Translations under genes and position numbers: made by a program
Shown: piece after piece, positions 1-12,119 of the stretch
How the letters are laid out: every line of letters starts with the position of its first letter
How positions within the stretch are numbered: the first letter of the stretch is position 1
Source: Octopus vulgaris
Taxonomy: Eukaryota
DNA: 64,000 nucleotides
Direction of reading: 5' to 3'
Assembly: GCA_951406725.2 (NCBI GenBank)
Contig: OX597815.1
Coordinates: 118,792,001 to 118,856,000, forward strand
Notes under the pieces: generated by a model
What the model was told of the DNA's origin: nothing
The model's database searches: none
The model's input: the letters and a program-made list of their open reading frames with translations, nothing else

Positions 1-563
1 ACAATGAATTATTTTGCAAGGGACGCAGTACTTTAAGAATTAGAGCGTATTACAATCTGATACGCCATCTCATAGACTTTCTTTTCTGAAGTAGTTGACA
101 AAGTAGTTTGCTGCAATTTCCTTTGATATCTGGGATAAGTAAATTTAGTTAGTTTCAATTTCTAATAAACAAGATTCATTGAAATACATTACGAATAATT
201 TCAGTACGAACATTCGTACAAGATTTTGTTATATCTTGGGAAGGTCATTTCGCCAGACTCTCCCAAGACAAATATTTATTTTATCATACGAGAATGTGAA
301 ATGACAGTTGCTTTTGATGGGACATAACAGAGGAGGTGCATGAGGACTGCCACCACTACTCTTATAGGAATAGGGGGCGGAGAAGTTAGATGGATGGATA
401 TATTAAAAAGAATATCAATATTTGCTAAACTTAGTCTTGTATTTTAGACCTGAAATTTATACAGGGACATTGAAGAGCGATGTTGCTTACAACGAAGTTG
501 ATGCTTGTTTACTCCCCCCACCACAATCCTTGTGTGAATCAGATTCAAGGAGATAATTTAGAC

Positions 564-885
564 CAGTGGTTCTCAACTGGGGTACATATGGTCTGAGAGT
601 CCATATAAGATTTTTGGGGGTCCACGCAACAAAATAGTAAACTGGGGAACCACAATAGTATTTTAAGGGCCCCTGAAAAAATATTGCTCTAGATACATGC
701 ATCGGCATGTATTACCAGAAACAGCTAGGTTTCTTTCTAATATTTTACATAATTCAACCTATAAAAGCGAATAAGTGAATAGCAATTTTGAAAATTTCTC
801 TAAAGCTATAAAGCGAATGGATATGGGGTACTACTTGAATAAAGTCGCAATCAAAGGGATCCATAGATAACGGTTGAAACTTCAG
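564..885. mobile_element. Degenerate hAT-like MITE
   Basis: Begins CAGTGGTTCTCAAC (564), the same terminus as the elements at 28114 and 45428. The right end (GGTTGAAAC ~872) is degenerate. Confidence 0.45.
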
Positions 886-2222
886 ACTTAGACCTTTAAC
901 TTCTTTATCACAATATTCACGATACTGTAACTGCTTAATTTTGAATCACTTAAAAATTCGTTTTCAAAACTAAAGGAAATTACTTTTATCAAATACATAT
1001 ACTTCTAAATAAACGGGGATTTTGCTAATTTCACTAACATTAAAAAAAAAAAAAAAAAAACTTTCTAAGTATAGTAGCATAGCAATAACATTTCAAATCT
1101 ACGATGAGACACGTGTAAACTGTATTCCACGCAGATTGGTGATATTTTTGTGTAAAAAGACACGCCATAAACTACATTGGAGAAATCGCTAGGGCATTTT
1201 AGAGAATAAAACTGGTCGACTCATATTTGCATTCTTTTTTCCGATTTCCACAACTGAAACCTCGCCCATTATCATTTTCATATAGATTCCACCCTGAATA
1301 AAGATAATCTGGTATAATTTTATGCTAGATTGAATTTTTGAGCGTAAGTTTAACGCTTGGAGATTAGTTAACTTAGAATATATTTTATACTAACAATAGT
1401 GAATATCTATTGGTAAGCATGCTGAAGTGGGGCCAAAACTATCATATTACTCGAGATTACTTTCTCTGGAAGGTTTTAGAACAGGAAGAGGAGTTTTATA
1501 AAAAAGAGTATTCTATTAGAAAAAAATGAAACTTTTCAAATTTAGTATAACATGTCAAACTTAGACATGTTATAAATTTGTATTCATTAAACCCACAGTG
1601 AAATCATTCGAGATCTTATCGCCAAATAAAATACTCGATCACTCCCCATAATGAAACTAATGATAAACGTATTTAATTGAAAATATTTCAACAACTTAAA
1701 AATAGGATAGTCAAATAATTCAAAGTTTTCAGAAAAAAACTTTATAACTTGCCTGTTATTGGAACTAAGTAGAAAGCATTTCCTCTAAAAGAAATATTTA
1801 ATCAGGAGGAGAGTACATCTAGATATATTACACAATTTGATTTGTATAAACACTGCTGTAGAATAGTTGCATATTTCCGAAAAGCGACGTTTGTGATGCA
1901 ATTTCGATTTCCAGTTGATCCATTGGATTTATTTGTTTCTCGTGTTTTCCTTTAAACCACATAGTTCACTCGCAACATATCATAAACATGGTACAAGCAG
2001 AACAAAAGACTCATTTAGCTTGGAGAACTCTTTATATGTAACAGAACCGCTCAACAATATGTTAACAATCGTTATAATTTTCGAAAACTGAACAGCCAAA
2101 TCAGTGAGGCTTTATAAACAATGGTATGGTTATAAGAATTCGATAATTTGATTAGGATTACAATATGTTGTACTCTGAAAATAATTGTTTTAGTAAATTA
2201 GAATTTAAAATAGTCATTGGTT

Positions 2223-2918
2223 TTATATAGCTCCAACACGAATATAGCTTGCGAGAGAACAGGCGAATATACCACCAACCAACTGTAAAAATCCAAATAT
2301 ATTACAAGTAGTCCCAAAATAAATTTGACGTTTATGCATCCAAGAAAGTATCTTTTTCGAACAACCATGTTCATAAATAGAGCTCTGATTTTTGGAGTAA
2401 TTTCCGCAGCCTTCCGTTGGGTGAATGCAGCAAGAATCTGGAACAGTACCATTACCCAAGACATTGTACCATTCACTTGGTTTGTGAACTCCACAACAAG
2501 CGAATCTTTTCTGAATACTATCCCATTCGTTTGCAACTGTTGCGTTGAAGAGATATTGGTGTTCGGTCTTAACCATCCTCGCGCTCACTGAATGACTTGC
2601 TATTTTTCGTAGCGAAAATGTTGCAGTGGAACTGCCAATTTCCACAGTTGTTATAAGGACGATAAAGACAGTGAAGGTTGCGATGTATTCATAGCTTTTC
2701 TTCAGGGCTCCAACAAGACCAAATAGTGACATAAGCATCAGAAGAAAGCCTAAAGATATAAACAAAATAGTACACAACTTCATATAGTTTCCTAACAAAC
2801 AAGGATATGTTTGGGTGTAATAGAATCCACCGAGTCCTATTAAAATAATAGAAGCGACAAGAAAGAGAATATTTAACAAAATTAAAGTCACCCTCGTACA
2901 AAAAGGACTACATTCCAT
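2223..2918 (-). CDS. Tetraspanin (CD63-like, 6-Cys LEL), paralogue 1, single coding exon, ~231 aa
   Basis: Four hydrophobic segments. TM1 has Asn (LLNILF) and TM3 has Glu (TVEIG). LEL reads CCG...PDSCC...C...GC, and there are juxtamembrane Cys. The ORF track starts at GTG 2930; the first in-frame ATG is 2918 (MECSPF). No introns in the ORF. Confidence 0.95.
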   Translation of the reverse strand: MECSPFCTRVTLILLNILFLVASIILIGLGGFYYTQTYPCLLGNYMKLCTILFISLGFLLMLMSLFGLVGALKKSYEYIATFTVFIVLITTVEIGSSTATFSLRKIASHSVSARMVKTEHQYLFNATVANEWDSIQKRFACCGVHKPSEWYNVLGNGTVPDSCCIHPTEGCGNYSKNQSSIYEHGCSKKILSWMHKRQIYFGTTCNIFGFLQLVGGIFACSLASYIRVGAI

Positions 2919-3134
2919 GCTTACTTCCACAAGGATAAAAAAAGATTACAATTCATTGGTTGGTAAATAAATAAGCACAGTGTTGTTCATATGCAAATTC
3001 TTCTGCTTCATTGATTTCCTTATACAACCATTTCTAATGATCAGAAAACAACACATGTGATTTTTGTAAGAAAGTCGCGGGTTCGTTTCTGGTGCCATAC
3101 AGTCGAATTTTTAACGAGATAATGATTTCTAATT

Positions 3135-3260
3135 TTGACACATGGTGGTGGTGGTGATGGGGGCAAGTTGATTACATCGACTCCAATATTGAAGCTGTTA
3201 CTTATTTTTTCTACCTTGGGAGTGTGACAGCAACATTTGAACTCAGAACACACAGCACCG
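3135..3260 (-). mobile_element. SINE family A, degenerate fragment
   Basis: Reverse complement of family-A motifs (GATTACATCGAC...TTTGAACTCAGAAC). Confidence 0.55.
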
Positions 3261-3280
3261 GAAGAAATTGTATTCTGGTG

Positions 3281-3479
3281 AGGTGGCGAGCTGGCAGAAA
3301 TGCTTAGCAGTAGTATTTCGTCTGTCTTTACGTTCTAAGATCAAATTCCGCCGAGGTCAACTTCGCCTTTCATCCTTTCGGGGTCGATAAATTAAGTACC
3401 AGTTGCGTACTGGGGTCGATCTAATCAACTGGCCCCCTCCCCCAAAATGTCGAGCCTTGTTCCTTGAGTAGAAAAGAAT
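3281..3479 (+). mobile_element. tRNA-derived SINE family A (short-tail type)
   Basis: GGCGAGCTGGCAGAA head and conserved core GCCTTTCATCCTTTCGGGGTCGATAAATTAAGTACCAG. Imperfect TSD ATTGTATTCTGGT / ATTGTGTTCTTGT. Confidence 0.85.
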
Positions 3480-3772
3480 ATTGTGTTCTTGTTTATCATT
3501 TACCTTATTTAGAATGTTTCGTATTTACAACAATTAAAAGAAAATGCTCTAATAATTTAACAACCAAAGAATAATAAATTAATACAGAACGTGGATACTA
3601 TTTTTGAATAAAAGATATTGTTAGATTTTATCACCGGTGTTGACATGAGCTGTGAGGGAAAACAAATGATAAAGTACCGATTAAATTATATTTATTTATA
3701 ATTCTCTCTTTTGTCTCACTTAATTATATTAATCCACAACACACAATGAGGAAATTTTTCTATCAATATTTT

Positions 3773-3976
3773 GCCAGAATCGTTAGCACGCCGGGCAAAA
3801 TGCTGAGAGGTCTTTCGTTCGTATTTGCGTTCTGAGTTCAAATTCCGCTAAGGTTGACTTTGCCTTTCATCTTTTCGAGGTCAATAAAAAATAAGTACCA
3901 GTTGAGGACAAGGTCGATATAATCGACTTATCCACTTCCCGAAATTGCTGGCCTCGTGCTAAAATTTGAAATCAAT
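3773..3976 (+). mobile_element. SINE family A
   Basis: GAATCGTTAGCACGCCGGG...GAGTTCAAATTCCGC (B-box-like)...core...AAAATTTGAAATCAAT. Confidence 0.8.
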
Positions 3977-4372
3977 TTTTAAAACGTTTTAGTTTTTGGG
4001 CTATTTTCATGCAAAAACGCTATGTTCTAAAAGTAGTTTTGTCTGGAGTTATGCGAAAGACTTGACTTTGCTATAGAGGTCTAATTAAATTGAACGTGCC
4101 TAGAGTTGTCACCACAATTATCAAAGATGAAACTCACTTCCCAATGCAAATATTCATCCAATTTCAATTCACTTTCAATTTCAGAGTTCTCTCGCCTCAT
4201 TTTAAAAAAGAAATGTTCATCAGCCCTAATGACTTGATTAAAAATTATCTTTGGCTCACTACATTAAATGTTTTGGCCTGCACTTAACTATATATTCTTC
4301 ATGCAGAAGACACCCATGAAAGATTTTGTCCTGACACTATTGACATAAATAGATGACGATATTTAATTACGA

Positions 4373-4560
4373 CTAGGCAGCGAGCTGGCAGAATCGTTAG
4401 CACGCTGGGTGAAATGTTTAGCGGCATTTCGTCCATCGCTGAGGTCGATTTCGCCTTTCATCCTTTCGGGGCCGATAAATTAAGTAGCAGTGAAACACTG
4501 GTGTCTAATCGACTAGTCCCCTCCTCTAAAGTTTCAGGCATTGTGCCTTTAGTAGAAAGG
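4373..4560 (+). mobile_element. SINE family A
   Basis: Family-A head and core. TSD ATATTTAATTACGA (4359-4372) / ATATCTAATTACGA (4561-4574). Confidence 0.85.
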
Positions 4561-5034
4561 ATATCTAATTACGATGTTTCGCATTCTGAATAATCATTGC
4601 TTTTTATCCTTCCGCTGTCAATAAAATGCAAGGCCAATTAAGTACTAGATCAATTTAATCCCATTAGATTATCTTCTCCATAAACTTTTAACCTAGTGTT
4701 CATGTTGGTAATCTATGAAGTTTGATTAGCACAATCAGCAAAGTGGTAGACACAGTACTTTGTAATATTTTGTTACGTCCTTTTACGTTCAAATCTTACC
4801 GATATCTGCTTTACTTTTCATCCGTTAGAGTAAAATATCAGTAAAATACTGGAAAAGAGTTAATTGACTATACACTCTTCTACATATGGTGTTCTTTTGC
4901 CAAAGTTAGAAACTGTTACAATTAATAACTGCAGTGAGATCTTGTGTCGTTTTTATAGTCCAAGGATCGCGGCTTAATCAATGACCAAATACCGTTTCTG
5001 ATACTTCTTAATATTGGCACTCGTCGGTTGTGAC

Positions 5035-5330
5035 GATAACTGTTCCATTTGATTCGATCAACGGAACAGCCTGCTCGTGAAACTAACGTACAAGTGGCTG
5101 GTCCGTGCACTCCACAAACACGCGTAACCTTAACGTAGCACTCAGGAAGATTCAGCGTGACGCAGAATGTGACAAGGCTGGTCCTTTTAATTACAGATAC
5201 AACTCATTTTTACCTGCTGTATGGACGGGAGCAACGTAAAATAAACTGTTTTGGACAACGTACTGCCAAGTATCGAACTCACGACCTTACGATCCTGAGC
5301 TGAATATCCTAACTACTAAACCACGCGACT
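5035..5330 (-). mobile_element. tRNA-derived SINE, family D
   Basis: Minus strand starts with a tRNA-like head (CGCGTGGTTTAGTAGTTAGG...GAGTTCGATAC); the body differs from families A-C. Confidence 0.6.
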
Positions 5331-5973
5331 CAGCAGCTCCTGAGGATCCCAAGCCAGCAGAAGAACTGATCTACCAACACTTGCACAACAGTCGTGGATT
5401 CTTGATTAGGGTTGGCATAGGCTTCTCGCCCCTTTGTAAAATAAGATTATGTGCAATAAATTGGTTATATTTCTACAATAGACAAAATATTTAAACATTT
5501 TTAACACAATTCCTAATAACATTTAATTATAAAAATATAATGGATTTTAAAAAACAACGAATGGCTATAAACTGAAACAACTGACCTCTACCCTTCTCTG
5601 CAGATTGTCTACACACGGTAGCATTACTAACAAAATAGAATTTACGCAAATGGGCCACGCTTGAACAAAGAGTTATAAGCAACAACATCACTCTATTATT
5701 TGTAGATACTAAGAAGGAATGTTTGGACAAAAGGTGCCGGTTTATGCACCTACCCCGCACAAAAGAATTAAATAATGGCTTCTGATTTAGGTACCAAGCG
5801 AACAATTTTGGGGGTAAGGCGTTCATCAATACTATTGACTCCAGTACTTCACTCGTACTCTAATTCATCAATTCTAAAAGAATGAAAAGCAAAGTTGTCC
5901 TCTGTAGAATTGAATTCAGAAAATAAGGGACTTGATGATCAAATACGTATTTTCCCACGCTCTTAAATAATGG

Positions 5974-6178
5974 TTTCAATTTTTGGCACTAGTCCAGCAA
6001 GTTCGGGGGAGAGAGTAAGTCGATTGCATCGATCCCAGTACTCAAATGGTATTTAATTTATCGACCCCGAAGGGATGAAAAGGAAAGTCGACCTCAGCGG
6101 AATTTGAACTCAGAACGTAAAGACGGATGAAACGCCGATAAGCATGTTACCCGGCGTGCTAACGATTTTGCCCCGCTG
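5974..6178 (-). mobile_element. SINE family A
   Basis: Reverse-complement core ATCGACCCCGAAGGGATGAAAAGG. Flanked by TCTTAAATAATGG on both sides. Confidence 0.85.
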
Positions 6179-6591
6179 TTTTCCACTTTCTTAAATAATG
6201 GAGAAATATAAGTTCGTACCCGGAACAAAGCAGCTAAAGAATGAAAAGTATAGAAATATATAGATAAATAAATAAAAAAATTTTAAATGTGATTTTGAAA
6301 TCTAAATGACGTTCTCGAAATTTCAGAATTGTATTTGACTAGGAAGTAACTTAATCTGAAAGTTACAGTAGAACTACATTAGAACAGTTTTGAGTATTTT
6401 CACGTGTTTGGAATGGCTTTTCTATGTTGTAACTGCTGCATATCAAATCACTTGCTCCAAAATGTCGAAAGCTCTATCAACCAGGTTATAGATGCCTCAA
6501 GGAATGATGTCATATGTTGCCTAGAAAAATAACTTCGCAACAGTTTTATTGCATCTGCGTCAAAATGGAATTATAACATATAAATGCATGT

Positions 6592-6594
<3 letters not shown>

Positions 6595-6642
<48 letters not shown>

Positions 6643-6740
6643 AGACAGAAACAAGAGAGAGAGAGAGGTGAGTGGGGGAGAGAGACAAATAGAGAGAGAG
6701 AGAGAAAAACTTACACCGAGAGAAAGAATGAGAGAGAGGA
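6595..6740. repeat. (AG)n microsatellite and GA-rich tract
   Basis: Pure AG run 6595-6636, followed by degenerate GA-rich sequence. Confidence 0.95.
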
Positions 6741-6771
6741 TGGGAAAAAGAAAGTAAACAATATTTTTTTA

Positions 6772-7155
6772 TCTTTTACTTGTTTCACTCATTGGAATGC
6801 GGCCGTGCTGGGGCACTTCCTTGAAGGGTCTAGTCTTTATAAAGTTTGGTACTTATTCTGCCGGTCTCTATTGCTGAACCACTAAGTTAGGACATGTAAA
6901 CAAACCAACACTGATTGTCAAGCGGTGGTGACGCTCAGTGCATTAACGAGGTCACACACACGCGTGCGCGCGCGCACGCACGCATATACATATGACGGGC
7001 CTCTTTCAGTTTCCGTCTACCAAATCCACTCACAGGGCTTTGATAAGTCCGAGACTATAAAATAAGCCCCTGGTCCAAAATGCTGTGCAGTGGATTTGAA
7101 CCCGGAACCATGTGGTTGGGAAGCAAACTTCTTACTACACAGTCTCACCTGCGCC
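6772..7155 (-). mobile_element. SINE family B (tRNA-like head, central GT microsatellite)
   Basis: Reverse complement of the element at 59625-60040 and 61068-61675 (CAGTTTCCGTCTACCAAATCCACTCAC...GAACCCGGAACCATGTGGTTGGGAAGC). Confidence 0.8.
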
Positions 7156-7257
7156 TTTAAAATTATCACATCCAAAGCAAAAGTATAAAACCAAACGCGA
7201 TAGTATCTCACAGCTCTCCTTAGTAACACAAACCCAAATCAGGTTCCAAACAACCTC

Positions 7258-7400
7258 AAAATTACTCTCGCTGAGGTCGATTTTGCTTTTCATCCTTTAG
7301 GAGTTGATAAAATAAGTACCAGTTGAATACTGAGGTCGATGTAATCGACTTACTCCCCCCTCCGAAATTGCTAGGCTTGTGCCAAAATTTAAAACCAATA
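7258..7400 (+). mobile_element. SINE family A, 5'-truncated
   Basis: Core GCTTTTCATCCTTTAGGAGTTGATAAAATAAGTACCAG plus short tail. Confidence 0.75.
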
Positions 7401-7631
7401 TTAAGATGCTTTTGCAAGGATAGCTCCTCAATAGCAAGACCAATGACTGGAACAATTTTGTGGTCTCGTAGGCGAATGTCGTTTATGATTATGGTGGTGA
7501 GGGGCGATGATATGACTTATGTTTGTGTTCCCTTGCTACTGAAAGATACAAGATTAGCATAATCATGCTGGAGGATATCTTCGAGGTCTCTGTCCCTGGA
7601 GTGAATGTTCATTTAGTATGTGGTTTCTAGA

Positions 7632-7863
7632 AGGCGGCGAGCTGGCAGAAACGCTAGCACGCCGGGCGAAATGCTTAGCGGTATTTCGTCTGCGTTACGT
7701 TGTGAGTTCAAATTCCGCCGAGGTCGACCTTGCCTTTCATCCTTTCGGGGTCGATAAATTAAGTACCAGTTACGCACTGGGGTCGATGTAATCGACTTAA
7801 TACTTATGTCTGTCCTTGTTTGTCTCCTCTATGTTTAGCCCCTTGTGGGTAATAAAGAAATAG
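7632..7863 (+). mobile_element. SINE family A, full-length long-tail type
   Basis: Complete head and core plus tail TGTCTGTCCTTGTTTG...GGGTAATAAAGAAATA. 16-bp TSD GTATGTGGTTTCTAGA (7616-7631) / GTATGTGGTATCTAGA (7864-7879). Confidence 0.92.
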
Positions 7864-8000
7864 GTATGTGGTATCTAGATCGGAAATAGATAAGGCACGG
7901 TAAAGATTTGATAGGGAGGAATGAAGAACAGTGTCATCTGTATAAGAGTAGGTATTATTGGATATGCTGGTAAGACATATGTTTATATGGATGTATATAC

Positions 8001-8002
<2 letters not shown>

Positions 8003-8082
<80 letters not shown>

Positions 8083-8091
8083 GTGTGTGTG
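8003..8091. repeat. (GT)n microsatellite
   Basis: Direct reading; explains the CV-repeat ORFs. An (ACC)n run lies at ~8218-8247. Confidence 0.97.
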
Positions 8092-8685
8092 AGTATCTCA
8101 CAAGTGCATTTATGTGTCTATATGTACAAATAACCGACTACGGTCACCTTACTTTGTTCTTATTCTTTATCCTTTTTCTTTTTCTCTTTCTCTTTCTTTC
8201 TTCTTCCCGTGTCTCCCCCACCACCACCACCACCACCACCACCACCATATTAGCTTTTATTACTTATATTTATTTACCCTAAGCAACTTACATTCCAGCT
8301 TTCAGTGCCCCGGTTATCCATCATTGACCCACATATACGTTAATAAGATTATAATCTACTGCAGTCACTACAATAATTTGAGTATGCTGTTAAGGAAATG
8401 AGGCCACACCTCAATCTAACTCACTAAGGTAATTGGTGATTAGGGCACGCCATTAGTTCTTAGAAATTCCTGCCTCCACGCATACTCTTTTATTCTTTCT
8501 GGTGACCCCGGCTTTCCTTTGCATTCTCCGTTACGGGGAACTGTTTCCAACCAAACAGTCGTATATACTTGATGAGGAGGTTCACCGGACGGCTACAAGA
8601 TATTCGTAATGTTATGTAAGATGCACCCGATGTGCATTTGAAACTACTGTAATACTCGACTACCTATCCGATCTCTTATTTACAG

Positions 8686-8722
<37 letters not shown>

Positions 8723-9139
8723 CTCTTCTTCTATCTCTATATATAAAACTGAAATGCCTTTTTACCGCTTGGTTCGCTTTCAATGCCACTACATCCCGTC
8801 CGATTCGCTCCAAAATTTACAGGGACATGTAGAATGAGGTGACGATGCGCGTGGGCTACCTTACAAATCCCTATCTTAAAAGGTGTGGTTGCTAGGGGCC
8901 ATCTTCCTCACTCACCCTATTTCCTCCTTTCCCTCTCTTACTCCTCTTCATAACTTTCAGAAGTCCACTACGGTTATCTAAAGTATCTGTCACTATCGCT
9001 ATTTCCTTTCTTTTTCACTGACTCTGTTTCCTACCTTCCTATCACTTCGGCGACGTTCTTTTAAGTATATGTCTGTCACCAACAAACAACACACGAGCAT
9101 GAGAACAAATATTATGAATCAGATATTCTTGCGTTCATT

Positions 9140-9340
9140 TATATATGTGTGTGTGTGTGTGTGTGTTCTATATATAAATATGTATATATAATGTATGTGT
9201 GTGTGTGTGTGTGTTCTATATATAAATATGTATATATATAATGTATGTGTGTGTGTGTTCTATATATAAATATGTATATATAATGTATGTGTGTGTGTGT
9301 GTGTGTTCTATATATAAATATGTATATATAATGTATATAT
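9140..9340. repeat. Minisatellite of ~45-50 bp units, about 4 copies
   Basis: Repeats of ATGT(GT)nGTTCTATATATAAATATGTATATATAATGT. Confidence 0.85.
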
Positions 9341-9485
9341 ACAAAGTGTATATATCTGTATTTATGTATATTAAACTTTTTCATACTTTTTCATAGTTAT
9401 ATATATTTTTAAACAAATTATAAATATAATTTAATAATTTTTATTTTCAATTTAAATAATTTAAAGTTTTCAATTTTATATTTTA

Positions 9486-9985
9486 CTAGCAGTATCGCCC
9501 GGCGTTGCTCGGGTTTGTAAGGGAAATAACTATATTAGCATTTTTAGTGAGTTATAGCAAAAAAAATAGCAAAAAATGCATTAAAAATGGAATAAAAAAT
9601 GATAGTAATTTTTTTTTTAATCGTTGACTCATCGTAGACATTTTTAGAGAGTTACTTCCCTTATATAATAGCGAAAAATGCATTAAAATGGAATAAAAAA
9701 TGATGGTAATTTTTTTTTTAATCGTTGACTCATCGTAGACATTTTTAGAGAGTTACTTCCCTTATATAATAGCAAAAAATGCATTAAAATGGAATAAAAA
9801 ATGATGGTAAATTTTTTTTTAAATCGTAGACTCATCGTAGACGCGCGCTAATACCCAGAAGGGCTCGATATGAATCACGACTATAAGATACCCGGTTTTG
9901 GTTACACTGCACCGCAAAATGTGGGAGTGGTTAGGAATCTAAATCGTAGGAGACAGACACACAACCTTACTTTTATATATAAAGA
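9486..9985 (-). mobile_element. Non-autonomous Helitron, unit 1 of a head-to-tail dimer
   Basis: Minus strand reads TCTTTATATATAAAA...CCCGAGCAACGCCGGG hairpin...CTAG|T. Contains internal ~100-bp tandem repeats (~9540-9840). Confidence 0.88.
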
Positions 9986-10502
9986 CTAGCAGTATCGCCC
10001 GGCGTTGCTCGGGTTTGTAAGGGAAATAACTATATAAGCATTTTTAGAGAGTTATAGCAAAAAAATGCATTAAAAATGGAATAAAAAGTGATGGTAATTT
10101 TTTTTTAAATCGTTGACTCAGTGTCTTCAAGCCATGAAGTCGTTGTTCTAAAAGAACGCTGGTCTCCTTGACAACGCTTTACCACGTTGATTTCCTTACA
10201 CTCCCTTCCCCACAGCTTCACGAGGGAGAAGCAAACAGGTGCAGATGTGAGCGTGGACGCCAACTCCGCCGCCATCGACACACGAAAAATTATGCATTAA
10301 AATGGAATAAAAAATGATGTTAAATTATTTTTAAAATCGTAGACTCATCGTAGACGCGCGCTAATAGCCAGACGGGCTTGATATGAATCACGACTATAAG
10401 ATACCCGAATTTGGTTAAACTGCACCGCAAAATGTGGGAGTAGTTAGGAATCTAAATCGAAGGGGACAGACACTCACACAACTACAGTTTTATATATATA
10501 GA
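9986..10502 (-). mobile_element. Non-autonomous Helitron, unit 2 of a head-to-tail dimer
   Basis: Minus strand reads A|TCTATATATATAAAA..., with the same 3' hairpin and CTAG directly joined to the TC start of unit 1. Confidence 0.88.
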
Positions 10503-11504
10503 TATATCTTCTATGTTATATTTTCTTTTTTTATGTTTTTGTTTTTGGTTTTTCACTGTTTGATTTGCCTATTAGTGGTTTTATCTCTAATTTAATTTAT
10601 ACAGATATATATCTCATTTGTATACATTTGTATATATAATGCGTGCACACACACACACACATATATATATATATACACATATATATATAATGTGTGCATT
10701 ACGTAGTCGGTCGATTCAGCTGAAAATATGCACACCTATGTTAAAGGTGCTGACAAGTTTGCATGACAACTATTTTGTTCCTCAAATGAAAGGCGTCACC
10801 TCTAGGACAAAATTCCTCATCTTATAAAATGTGGCCCCAGTAGACCCGAATGAAATCGGGTTATATTAACCAAAATGTGAAAAGGGGTCTAAATGGGGCT
10901 GGAAGGGGATTAAAATTTCTAGGAGTGGGTGTTTAGGAATTCTCTGTTACATCAAGCTAAAAAATTTGCGCCAGCCTTTTAATCGTCAATGTGTTGCCGT
11001 CCATGATAAAGAAGTTTTGAATGCTTGCCATGGTGAGTCTACTGTCGTCAGAAAGAATCACTTCAAAACTTGGTGTTTACGAATTTTCTTTTACATCAAG
11101 TTCAAAATTTTACGCCAGCCGTTAAACTGTCACTACGTTGCTGTCCGTCGTTAACAAATGCCAGCCATGGTGACTCTACTATCCTCAGATTCTATCCCTT
11201 CAAACTTTGGTTTCCAATATTTTATTATTTTTATTCAGCTCGCAAGTTCGTCTGTCCCATTTAAATGTTAGCGTTTTGCTGTCTGCCTTGAAGCATAACT
11301 TTCCATTGCCACTGCCTCATATTTCTGATTGATCTTTCTAAATATTTTTTTTCTCAACTTACTCAAGATCTTCTGTTGTTTATAAATGGGAGAGAGATAG
11401 ATAAAGATAGAGAGTAAGAGAAAGCGAGGGAGAGTCCGAGAGAAAAGAAAAGTAAGAGAGTGGGAAAGTGAGAGAGAAAGGAGAGAGAAACAAATACGGA
11501 GAAT

Positions 11505-11815
11505 CATCATCATCATCATCGTTTAACGTCCGTTTTCCGTGCTAGCACGGGTTGGGCAGTGTGACCGGGGTCTCGGAAGCCAGGAGGCTGCACCAGGCTC
11601 CAGTCTGATCTGGCAGTGTTTCTACAGGTGGATGACCTTCCTAACGCCAACCACTCTGTGAGTGTAGTGAGTGCATTTTTCGTGCCGCCGGCACTGGTGC
11701 CAGGGGGCTCGCAGTGGCAACGATCGGTTGGTGCTTTTTACGTGCCACCGGCACAGAAGCAAGTCAAGGCGGTGCTGCAATCGGCCACGTTCGGATGGTG
11801 CTTTTTACGTGCTGA
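11505..11815 (-). mobile_element. Retroposon 3' end with (ATG)n tail
   Basis: (CAT)n run at 11505-11520 followed by a GC-richer body with short internal repeats (TTTTTACGTGCC). Typical SINE/RTE-type tail on the minus strand. Confidence 0.55.
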
Positions 11816-11880
11816 AAGGAAGCAACAGAAAGTAACACCCACACTCTTACCCGCGCGTAGAGCGGGTCACCTTCAGCTAG

Positions 11881-12002
11881 TATATATATAAAACTGAATT
11901 GCGTTTTTACCGCTTGGATCGCTTTCAATGCCACTACATCCCGTCCGATTCGCTCCAAAATTTACAGGGACATGTAGAATGAGGTGACGAAATGAGGTGA
12001 CG
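11881..12002 (+). mobile_element. Partial second copy (5' end) of the 8734 Helitron
   Basis: Near-identical to 8738-8845 (TTTTTACCGCTTGG...CAGGGACATGTAGAATGAGGTGACG). Confidence 0.85.
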
Positions 12003-12119
12003 AAATTTTAAATATATATATATATGTACAAATATATATATATATGTATGTATGTATATTTTTTTATTTATATATTATTTTATTAATTAATTAATTAATT
12101 AATTAATTAATTAAAAAAA

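Larger units (their letters stand above)
8734..11880 (+). mobile_element. Non-autonomous Helitron containing nested insertions
   Basis: 5' A|TCTCTATATATAAAACTG. 3' hairpin ACCCGC-GCGTAGA-GCGGGT, then CTAG|T at 11877-11881. The 5' end is repeated immediately after the 3' end. Confidence 0.65.

Noticed and set aside
1928-1933. AATAAA/ATTAAA hexamers as poly(A) signals for the tetraspanins (also 25874, ~41545, 52762)
   Set aside because: Plausible, but not distinguishable from background in such AT-rich DNA without 3'-end data.
2198-2901. Short ORFs overlapping the tetraspanins in other frames or strands (also 39957-40561, 51509-52142)
   Set aside because: Shadow ORFs of the real CDS, with no independent motifs.
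3281-7863. tRNA-like A/B-box sequences as tRNA genes
   Set aside because: They continue into shared SINE cores, have TSDs and are degenerate; I could not fold a complete cloverleaf.
7921-8401. ORFs rich in CV, IY, HT, poly-T or poly-H (also 9139, 13038-14540, 17097-17419, 19099, 34858-35486)
   Set aside because: They are translations of (GT)n, (TA)n, (CA)n and (ACC)n microsatellites with no domain content.
8560-8660. Possible hammerhead ribozyme (TTGATGAG...GAAAC-TACT-GTA) in a Penelope-like segment
   Set aside because: The core lacks the canonical CTGATGA and stems I and II are unconvincing by eye. An Infernal search with Rfam hammerhead models would settle it.
9540-9840. Regular ~100-bp repeats as a CRISPR-like array
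   Set aside because: Whole units are repeated with no unique spacers, inside a Helitron in eukaryotic DNA.
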